NCBI GenBank assembly: GCA_964471175.1
Contig: CAYYEY010000001.1
Span: 1-54,027 of the forward strand
Length of the DNA: 54,027 nucleotides
Origin: an uncultured Candidatus Saccharibacteria bacterium
GTDB taxonomy: Bacteria > Patescibacteriota > Saccharimonadia > Saccharimonadales > Saccharimonadaceae
Reading direction: 5' to 3'
In this document: in pieces, positions 46,981 to 54,027 of the stretch
Position numbering within the stretch: position 1 is the stretch's first letter
Layout of the letters: every line of letters begins with the position of its first letter
Translations under genes and position numbers: made by a program
Notes under the pieces: generated by a model
What the model was told of the DNA's origin: nothing
The model's database searches: none
Seen by the model: only the letters and a program-made list of their open reading frames with translations

Positions 46981-48078
46981 TTATTTTCTCCTTTTCTTAT
47001 TATTAGGAGATTTTTTGGTGTTTGATGGTTTTGATTTTGATTTAGTACTTAAAGAAGCTTTGGCGTCCTTTGCTTTGATTCTAGTGATTCTGGTGCCAGT
47101 TTTCTTGTTTTCAATAACTTTGCCCTCTTTGATATCTTTTAGTTCTTTTAGGATTGCTTTATCAGCAGAAATTTCCATATCGTCATCTGCTTTGCTCAAA
47201 ACAATGCGTTGCTGAATAACATTAATGGCACTGGACAAGAGGTAGTAGAACACCAATGCGCCTGGAAGGTAGAACATAATAAAGAGCATCATTACTGGCA
47301 TGATAATAGCCATCTGCTTAGTGGCTAGGGCGTTAATGTCAGACTGGTCTGGTTCTGAGCCATTGCCAGCAGAAGCCTCTTTTAATAGTTGGCGGAAAGA
47401 TTTAGACTTGCTAGATTTTCCAGATGGCATTTGCTGTCGAGAAGCCCAATATTGCAAAAAGGCTGCAGAAAGAGCAAATAGTAAAACGACAGTAACACTT
47501 GGTGATATTTGTCCTCTCAAGATCCCGGAAGCTGATGCATTAAGATCTACTACACCGAATAGTTTTGGACTAAACTCATATTTGTTTTCTTCCCCTTCTG
47601 GGATGTTTTCTGGGTGTGCAAGTTTATCGACATATGGATTTTGAAGCTCAATGATTTCTGAAATGCGATCAAGTTTTTGGACTGGTTCATAAGCGCGTAA
47701 GGCAACATTATCAGTAGGGGTTGGCATTACCATTACGCGAATTGCAGTATAGAGTGCAATGAAAATTGGGAGCTGAATTAAAATTGTGAGGAAAGAGCGG
47801 AAAGGCTTAACATTATAGCGTTTGTAGAGATCCATAGTTTGCAAGGATTCCAACTGACGATTACCCTTACAATTTTTCTTGATTTCGGCAAGTTCCGGTT
47901 GGATCTTTTTCATTAACTTGGTCTGGTAGAGTTGGCGCTTGACAAGAGGCCACATCAAAAATTTGACGATAATAGTAAAGAGGATAATAGCTAAACCAAA
48001 ATCACCTACAAAATTATAAATTACAAAAAGAATATTAACAATTGGTCTGACAATAATAAAATCAATAAACTCGAACAT
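46981..48078 (-). CDS. yidC: Membrane protein insertase YidC (short type with a Lys-rich C-tail)
   Basis: Motifs FGLAIILFTIIVK..PL, IQPEL, LIQLPIFIALY and PGALVFYY..QQ; syntenic with rnpA and jag. Confidence 0.93.
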   Translation of the reverse strand: MFEFIDFIIVRPIVNILFVIYNFVGDFGLAIILFTIIVKFLMWPLVKRQLYQTKLMKKIQPELAEIKKNCKGNRQLESLQTMDLYKRYNVKPFRSFLTILIQLPIFIALYTAIRVMVMPTPTDNVALRAYEPVQKLDRISEIIELQNPYVDKLAHPENIPEGEENKYEFSPKLFGVVDLNASASGILRGQISPSVTVVLLFALSAAFLQYWASRQQMPSGKSSKSKSFRQLLKEASAGNGSEPDQSDINALATKQMAIIMPVMMLFIMFYLPGALVFYYLLSSAINVIQQRIVLSKADDDMEISADKAILKELKDIKEGKVIENKKTGTRITRIKAKDAKASLSTKSKSKPSNTKKSPNNKKRRK

Positions 48079-48088
48079 ATTAGAGTAA

Positions 48089-48427
48089 TTATACCATACT
48101 CTGGGTGAAAAGTGAATGGATGAGCGAGCGAAGCTCGGTAAAGTCCATAGTAAGAATATCCTCGGAGTATATTACGAATATATAATCACGTGGTTTTTTA
48201 AAGGATGGGAGCTCTAGACGAATCGCTTCGTAGACCCTTCTTCTAATTCGATTTCTTTTAACAGCAGTCTTTTCGACTTTCTTTGAAACGACCGCAGCAC
48301 AGCGAGTAAAACCCCTGGTATTGTCATTGTATACTAAGGACATCTTAGGACTTCTGATCGTTTTACCGTGCTTATAGGTATAGTTAACGCCACCGCGGGA
48401 ATGGAATCGATATTTCTTTGCTAACAT
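48089..48427 (-). CDS. rnpA: Ribonuclease P protein component
   Basis: VSKKVEKTAVKRNRIRRR (RNR motif) and synteny. Confidence 0.93.
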   Translation of the reverse strand: MLAKKYRFHSRGGVNYTYKHGKTIRSPKMSLVYNDNTRGFTRCAAVVSKKVEKTAVKRNRIRRRVYEAIRLELPSFKKPRDYIFVIYSEDILTMDFTELRSLIHSLFTQSMV

Positions 48428-48442
48428 ATATATATTATATAT

Positions 48443-50143
48443 CTATTTTTGCAAGAGTTTATAATATTTATTGTGCATGAGATTTCTGTGTGTACCGCGA
48501 CCGACCAGTTTCCCCTGATCAATCACAAGGATATCATCTAATTTTCGCATAATTTCTGGCTTATGTGTAACAACAAGTACTGTATGATCCTTTTTTAGTT
48601 CATTTAAGACTTTAATGATTTGATTAGTAGTGTCAGAATCCAATGCCGAAGTAATCTCGTCAAAGAGTAAAATTTCTGAACGAGAAAGCAAAGTTCTGGC
48701 TAAACTTAAAAGCTGTTTTTGTCCAGTTGAAAGATTTTGACCGTCCGAGATAAGCGGCGTATCGTAGCCTTTTTCTAAATTCATAATAGCGTTGTGAACG
48801 CCAACAGTTTTGCAAGCTTTGATTTGATGATCAATATCCGGGTCAACAAGACTTAAGTTCTCTCTAATAGTCATATCAAAGACAAAAGGTTTCTGCGTGA
48901 CAATGGAGACATTACTAGAGTAAATTTCTTTAGAATAGCTGTTGATATTAACGTCATCAATGTAGATTTTGCCTCGTGTCGGTTTGTATAAACGAAGGAG
49001 TAGGCGGAAAATAGTAGACTTTCCGGAGCCTGATTTTCCAACAATTCCCGTTAGGCTATGTGGCATAATGGTAAAACTAACATTTCGCATTAGAGGCTTG
49101 CGACCATAGGTAAATGATACTCTATCAAATTTAACTTTACCTTTGATGTCGTCAGTGTCATTGTCGCCAAATTTAAGAATTCGTGGTGGTTTATAATTCA
49201 ATAATTTGTAAATACGATTGACTGCAACTGTACACTTAGAAAGGCTATGGATAGTATCTGTTGCCGAACTATAGCAATCGAGGATATTTTCATAATAGCC
49301 AATAGCAAGGATTAGAGTAGCAATGCCGTATTCTCCTTTTAGAATTAATCCCGCCGTAATAATATATACAGCTATACGACCAGAGCTTAAAATAGTTGAG
49401 ACGGCAACATCAGCAAGGTCAGAGTGGAGAGCCTTTTTGCCATAGACAGCCTTCCAAAGGTTTTTATTATTTTCTAAATAACTTTCTAAGTCATCTTTCA
49501 TGTTGAAAGAATGGACTTCTTTTTTACCGTCTAAGATTTGACTATAAAGGCTGGAAATACTATCTTGGTGTGTACGCTGGACTAGAGCATGCTCGTCACG
49601 TTTTTTCATATGGAGGATAAATATAGCCATAGATATCAATGCAAGACCAAGTGCAATACCACCAATGAGCGGGTCAACGAATACTAAAATGATTGCATTA
49701 ATAAAAATGCTCACAACGTTAACGACAAAATCGAATAGAAAGTCTGGGATACGTTGGTTCTCTGTGACATCCTCAAAGGCGGTACTAATGATAGTGGCAT
49801 TAGAAATGTTTTTAGCATAGTCTTGGTCTAAGGTTACGACTTTATCTAATATTTTTCTTTGCAAGCTATCGTGGATATAACATGCATTTTTGGCGTAGGC
49901 CCAATAATTGTAATGGTGGCAAAGGACGTAAATTAGTGCGGCGGCTAGGAATATGCCGACATATACTAGTGCTAAATTGAAGTTTCCCTCTGTAGCGTAA
50001 TTGATAGTCTCCGCAGTAATAAATGGAAGCGTCAAGAAAGACGCTTCCCTCAAGCAGGCTGAGAAAATTAAGTGGAAAAGCAGTCTACCATCAACCGCCT
50101 TAAAACTAAAAAACTTTCTGAGTAATCTAAAATAATATCTCAT
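48443..50143 (-). CDS. Type IV ABC exporter half-transporter (TMD-NBD), subunit with intact catalytic Glu/His
   Basis: Six-TM domain; GKSGSGKST, LLFDEITSALD and VTH; altered signature LSTGQ. Confidence 0.92.
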   Translation of the reverse strand: MRYYFRLLRKFFSFKAVDGRLLFHLIFSACLREASFLTLPFITAETINYATEGNFNLALVYVGIFLAAALIYVLCHHYNYWAYAKNACYIHDSLQRKILDKVVTLDQDYAKNISNATIISTAFEDVTENQRIPDFLFDFVVNVVSIFINAIILVFVDPLIGGIALGLALISMAIFILHMKKRDEHALVQRTHQDSISSLYSQILDGKKEVHSFNMKDDLESYLENNKNLWKAVYGKKALHSDLADVAVSTILSSGRIAVYIITAGLILKGEYGIATLILAIGYYENILDCYSSATDTIHSLSKCTVAVNRIYKLLNYKPPRILKFGDNDTDDIKGKVKFDRVSFTYGRKPLMRNVSFTIMPHSLTGIVGKSGSGKSTIFRLLLRLYKPTRGKIYIDDVNINSYSKEIYSSNVSIVTQKPFVFDMTIRENLSLVDPDIDHQIKACKTVGVHNAIMNLEKGYDTPLISDGQNLSTGQKQLLSLARTLLSRSEILLFDEITSALDSDTTNQIIKVLNELKKDHTVLVVTHKPEIMRKLDDILVIDQGKLVGRGTHRNLMHNKYYKLLQK

Positions 50144-51873
50144 TGCGCGTACTCCATTTCTGATTTCATAGCTTGAAGCGAACGGTAAAGACTGCTTCTT
50201 TCTAGTAATTTTTCGTGAGTGCCAATATCAGAAATTTTACCATGGTCAAGAACAATAATTCGATCTGCCGTTTTCATTAGGTCTGGCTTTTTTGTAATCA
50301 TGATAATTGTACGATTGTTTTTTAGGTTTTTTATAAGCCTTGGAACAAGTTTGGCAGTATCTGGATCAAGCGAAGTGGTCACGTCATCTAGTAACAAAAC
50401 TTCGGCATCAGTCAGAATAGTACGTGCGATGGAGATCATTTGTCTCTGCCCGCCAGAAATATTAGTAGCATTATCCCTCAAGATTGTATTATAGCCTTGT
50501 GGCAAGGTCTCAATAAAATCGTGAATGCCAGCGGTTTTGCAGGCCTCGATTTGATGCTTAATATCCGTGTCGACAAAATTTAGGTTCTTTCTGATACTAG
50601 TGTTAAAAATAAATGGTACTTGATTAGCAACGGCAACATTAGAAGTATATACCTCACGCGAGAATTCGTTAATATTGATGCCGTCTAATAATATTTTTCC
50701 TTTTGTGGGTTTATTAAGTCGCAAAATTAAGTCGAATAGTTTGGTTTTGCCAGATCCTGGATAGCCAACGATGGCAATAAATTCGTGTGGCTTTATTTTA
50801 AAGTTTAGATTGCTTAGGATTTGGTGATGATTTAACGATAAGGAGACGTTTTTGAATATAATGGAGCCTTCTAGGTGATCAAGTCCAAGGTTTCCAAATT
50901 CAAGTTTTTCTCCTGGGCGGTAATTCAAAATTGCCGCGACACGTTTAACTGCAGCATTGGTCAAGCGAATTTCGTTGGTGGCATCAGTTAAGTCTTTAGT
51001 GTAACCGATGATTGATTCGTGATAAGAAATAACAAGCACAACGATATCGATTTCCATGTGCCCTGTCATCATTAAGAAAATGAGAAAGGCAAATAGTGCC
51101 GCGTGAAAGACGTAATAAGCCACTTTAACGTCATTATCACGAATAGTTAAAAAGTGTCGCTGAGAGTAATAGGATTTATCATAATTAGTTTGAATTTTAT
51201 CAAGCCGAGATTTAAGCGGCGGAAGCATATTAAAAGTCTTAACCTCCTGAAGTCCAGAGACAATTTGTCCCAAGAAATTACTATAGCGGTCATTTTGAAT
51301 CTGTGACTTCCACCAGTAGTGATTAAAATTACGATCCGCCTTAGTACGAATCAAGCTGTATACTCCGCTAGAAACCAATAGGATAATAAGTGCTGGGATA
51401 TTATAGATAGCAACAATAATAAAGATAGCAATTACCTGGATAAAGGTAGTAATGTACTCAGATATTTCATCGTTCATTTCTCCAATCTCTAGAATATCAT
51501 TATTAATGGTATTCATAAGTCTTCCCTTGTCGATCTTTCTAGTAAAATCACCGTCTACAGAGATCAACTTCTTAAATACCTTTGTTTGAAGTGCTCGATA
51601 ACTATAACTGACATTCCAATTATACGCACGGTAATTAAAGAATAGGCTGATCTTATGGACAACATAAATACTAATATATATTATAATTAATGACCAGGTC
51701 TCCTCAGTGTTTTGCTCGGTTAATGCTTTAATAATCATAGCGGCGACAAACTTGCGCGCCACCATGGTTCCTTTGTACAAGATAGCCGTGACAAGATTAA
51801 CAACAAAAAGCCACGGAGAAATTTCCGCAATCCTAAAGTAGTGCTTAATATAGACGTGTAACTCTTTAAGCAT
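50140..51873 (-). CDS. Type IV ABC exporter half-transporter (TMD-NBD), degenerate-site subunit
   Basis: GYPGSGKT and ISGGQ; Walker B LLLDD (Glu to Asp) and switch ITK (His to Lys). Its stop overlaps the partner's start (ATGA). Confidence 0.92.
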   Translation of the reverse strand: MLKELHVYIKHYFRIAEISPWLFVVNLVTAILYKGTMVARKFVAAMIIKALTEQNTEETWSLIIIYISIYVVHKISLFFNYRAYNWNVSYSYRALQTKVFKKLISVDGDFTRKIDKGRLMNTINNDILEIGEMNDEISEYITTFIQVIAIFIIVAIYNIPALIILLVSSGVYSLIRTKADRNFNHYWWKSQIQNDRYSNFLGQIVSGLQEVKTFNMLPPLKSRLDKIQTNYDKSYYSQRHFLTIRDNDVKVAYYVFHAALFAFLIFLMMTGHMEIDIVVLVISYHESIIGYTKDLTDATNEIRLTNAAVKRVAAILNYRPGEKLEFGNLGLDHLEGSIIFKNVSLSLNHHQILSNLNFKIKPHEFIAIVGYPGSGKTKLFDLILRLNKPTKGKILLDGININEFSREVYTSNVAVANQVPFIFNTSIRKNLNFVDTDIKHQIEACKTAGIHDFIETLPQGYNTILRDNATNISGGQRQMISIARTILTDAEVLLLDDVTTSLDPDTAKLVPRLIKNLKNNRTIIMITKKPDLMKTADRIIVLDHGKISDIGTHEKLLERSSLYRSLQAMKSEMEYAQ

Positions 51874-51918
51874 TACCTTTATTATACCATATATCAGGTG
51901 TCAATAAGGTAGCACTTT

Positions 51919-51951
51919 AAAAAACACCCCTAGCGTTACAGGGTGTTTTTT
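51919..51951 (-). terminator. Intrinsic terminator downstream of rpmH
   Basis: AAAAAACACCC...GGGTGTTTTTT inverted repeat with A/T tracts. Confidence 0.75.
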
Positions 51952-51962
51952 GATTATTGAGC

Positions 51963-52100
51963 CTACGCGGATAGACGAGCGCGACCCTTGATACGTCGAC
52001 GCTTCAATACTTTACGCCCATTGCTTGTAGAGTTCCTTTTCATGAAGCCGTGTTCAACTTTGCGTTGTTTCTTATGCGGCTGATATGTACGTTTTGGCAT
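51963..52100 (-). CDS. rpmH: 50S ribosomal protein L34 (absent from the ORF track)
   Basis: Manual translation gives [45 protein letters not shown]; divergent from dnaA. Confidence 0.95.
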   Translation of the reverse strand: MPKRTYQPHKKQRKVEHGFMKRNSTSNGRKVLKRRRIKGRARLSA

Positions 52101-52155
52101 AAAATGATTTCCTATAGTTTTAATATTGAAATTTATTGGTTCTAGTATAGCATTT

Positions 52156-52304
52156 TTTTACACAAAAGCCAAGATGTTTTCCACAGTTTATCACTTACTC
52201 TCGTTTGCTGTGGAAAAGTCCACCCCTGTTTTTGAAATAATTATTATACAATAATTTGTATAACATGGAGAAAGTTGTGGAAAAGTCTAAAAATTTGTTA
52301 TAAT
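52156..52304. promoter_or_regulatory. DnaA-box cluster and dnaA promoter (upstream part of oriC)
   Basis: TTTTACACA at 52156, TTTTCCACA at 52177, TGTGGAAAA at 52209 and 52276; extended -10 TGTTATAAT at 52296-52304; SD GAGGAGG. Confidence 0.8.
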
Positions 52305-52348
52305 AGTTTTAGTTATTAAGTGAAAATTGTTGAGGAGGTAGACCTATT

Positions 52349-53713
52349 ATGTTTGATGTGTGGAAAAACGTTTTATCTGAAATAGAACAGAGAATCCCAC
52401 AACCTGCTTTTCAAACATGGTTTGCTGATGTAAAACTCGTCTCTAACGAGGGCGGTATTATCACTATTGAGGTGCCAAACGTTTTTAAAGAAACTCAAAT
52501 CAAAATTAAATACGACAAAGTAATACGTGAAGCCTTTTCCCATAATGATGTGGAGTTTGAAAGTATAAATTATTGTGTTTCTAGTAATGCAAGGGTGCGT
52601 CCAAAGTCGCGAGAAGTATCGCTTGGTGAAGTCAGTAAAAGATCCACTAAACCACTAAACTCAAGCCCTAAGCGCACTTTAAAAGGGTTTAGCACTGGCC
52701 TTAACCCAAATTATACAATGGATAATTTTATTGTGGGGTCTAATAATAATCTTGCTGTGGCGGTTGCTAAGGCGGTAATCAAAAACCCTGGTGATACTAA
52801 GTATAATCCTTTTTTCCTTTACGGTGGTCCTGGTCTTGGTAAAACACATCTTGTGCAAGCTATCGGTAATGAGCTTATTAAAAATAATTCATCTTTGAAC
52901 GTTCTCTATACTTCTACAAATCACTTTTTTTCCGAATTTATTGATTTAATAAAAAAAGGTAAGGGGGAGGATTTTTCTAAAAAGTATCAGAAGGCTGACG
53001 TCCTAATTATTGATGATTTTCAAATGATTATGGGGAAGGATGCAAGCCAAGAAGCTTTCTTTAATATTTTTAACGATTTATATCAACAGGGTAAGCAAAT
53101 AATTGTCACCTCGGATCGTTTACCGGAGCAAATAAAAACTCTAGATGAGCGCTTGTCGTCGCGCCTAGCTTGGGCTGGTGCTTACGATTTACAGCTGCCA
53201 AGTTTTGAGGATAAATGTGCAATTCTAAAGGCAAAGGCGGAGTTTGATGGCGTTGAAATTGAGGATGAGGCGGTGGAGCATATTGCAAATAGTGTAAAAA
53301 CGAATATTCGCGACCTAGAAAAAGAATATCGTATGGTAATGACTTGGGCGGAGGTAAAGAATATTTCTCCGCTTGAAGTTATTAATGATGGGTATTCCAA
53401 GACTAATGGCGGGCGAAGTCGCAATATGGTTTCTGCCAAACAAATCGTGGAGAGCGTAGCAAGGTTTTACGATTTAAAAGTTTCTGAAATGTGTGGAAAG
53501 AGTAGAGTTTTCCATATAAAGAACGCTCGACAAGTAGCAATGTATTTACTCTCTGAGGAATTAGGAATGAGTACCCCTAAGATTGCCATGGAAGTTGGTG
53601 TAAAAGATCACACTACAGTGATTCATGGTGTAAGAAAAATTAATGATGACTTGAAACTTGATTTTGCTTTACGTGAACAAATCGCAACCATTCGGGAGAA
53701 TATCTATGCTTAG
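52349..53713 (+). CDS. dnaA: Chromosomal replication initiator DnaA
   Basis: Motifs FQTWF, LNPNYTMDNFIVG, YNPFFLYGGPGLGKTHL, LIIDDFQ, RQVAMYL and DHTTVIHG. Confidence 0.98.
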   Translation: MFDVWKNVLSEIEQRIPQPAFQTWFADVKLVSNEGGIITIEVPNVFKETQIKIKYDKVIREAFSHNDVEFESINYCVSSNARVRPKSREVSLGEVSKRSTKPLNSSPKRTLKGFSTGLNPNYTMDNFIVGSNNNLAVAVAKAVIKNPGDTKYNPFFLYGGPGLGKTHLVQAIGNELIKNNSSLNVLYTSTNHFFSEFIDLIKKGKGEDFSKKYQKADVLIIDDFQMIMGKDASQEAFFNIFNDLYQQGKQIIVTSDRLPEQIKTLDERLSSRLAWAGAYDLQLPSFEDKCAILKAKAEFDGVEIEDEAVEHIANSVKTNIRDLEKEYRMVMTWAEVKNISPLEVINDGYSKTNGGRSRNMVSAKQIVESVARFYDLKVSEMCGKSRVFHIKNARQVAMYLLSEELGMSTPKIAMEVGVKDHTTVIHGVRKINDDLKLDFALREQIATIRENIYA

Positions 53714-53762
53714 CCTGCGAATAACACTGCGAAAAACTTTGCGAAAAAGCGTAGTAAAGGTT

Positions 53763-53970
53763 TGTGGATTATTTTACACAGCTTTAATTGTTTTAGTATT
53801 TCGTGCTTGCTTTTGGTGGAAATCCTTAGTTTTCCACTATAATTTACACACTTTTATTAACTGGTTTTCCACTAATGAGTTTCGTAGTTTACCCCTTTCA
53901 ATTGGGAGGTTTTACACAGTTTCCACATAGCTTATTATTACTATTATTAAATAAATTTATTATAATATAA
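53763..53970. other. oriC downstream part: DnaA boxes, DnaA-trios and AT-rich unwinding element
   Basis: Boxes TGTGGATTA 53763, TTTTACACA 53772, TTTTCCACT 53830 and 53865, ATTTACACA 53842. Abutting boxes TTTTACACA/GTTTCCACA at 53910-53927, then TAT TAT TAC TAT TAT at 53933-53947 and an almost pure A/T tract. Confidence 0.85.
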
Positions 53971-54027
53971 TTGGCCCATTGTGCAGACGCTCTGATCCGG
54001 GTGCCAGGTCGTCTCCTTTTCCGCCAG

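Noticed and set aside
51899-51904. TTGACA as the -35 element of the ABC exporter promoter
   Set aside because: It is only 12 nt from the TATAAT at 51881-51886, which is incompatible with sigma70 spacing. The extended -10 is sufficient.
339-53439. Numerous 60-165 aa alternative-frame or antisense ORFs (e.g. 4295..4792, 39878..40276, 40957..41361, 32444..32821)
   Set aside because: All are nested within or antisense to well-supported genes and lack motifs or start signals, so I treat them as shadow ORFs.
53658-53930. 90-aa ORF downstream of dnaA
   Set aside because: It runs through the DnaA-box array (its FST/FYT residues are box translations), overlaps dnaA and resembles no protein I recognise.
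1-54027. Alternative genetic code (UGA read as Gly, as in Gracilibacteria/Absconditabacteria)
   Set aside because: Long genes are intact under code 11, and TGA ends genes at expected positions (LCP at 46442; ATGA overlaps at 42481 and 50140).

Overview
A 54-kb, AT-rich, very gene-dense bacterial chromosome segment ending at dnaA/oriC. The gene content and style suggest a Candidatus Saccharibacteria (Patescibacteria/CPR) genome; this is an inference, not a database result. The supporting signs are GDTLVE-type pilins, a lone MurC-like ligase, a monoderm-type YidC, abutting genes and TGA used as a stop. In order, the window holds: (1) a partial initiator tRNA and a minus-strand type IV minor-pilin operon with a ~1200-aa Cys-rich putative adhesin; (2) an FtsB-like gene, tRNA-Ile2(CAU), a small strongly signalled protein and murC; (3) a ~34-kb cell-surface glycan region (GtrA, O-antigen-ligase-like protein, priming transferase, galE, wzm/wzt, rfbACBD, three GT-C-like membrane proteins, many GT2/GT4 enzymes, a coiled-coil methyltransferase, an LCP protein), which also contains a triple ricin-lectin protein, a SufS-like/CxxC gene pair and a LexA N-domain-only regulator; (4) jag-yidC-rnpA-[heterodimeric ABC exporter]-rpmH, then dnaA flanked by TTTTCCACA-type boxes and a DnaA-trio element. 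The most notable signals are: pervasive leaderless-type promoters, including an identical TATAAT-ATATAT-ATG 15-mer at four genes; an initiator tRNA with only two anticodon-stem G-C pairs; a possible pilin/surface glycosylation system; a 12-Cys knob in the adhesin; and a tandem DnaA-box pair inside a glycosyltransferase gene. I saw no CRISPR array, transposase or prophage.
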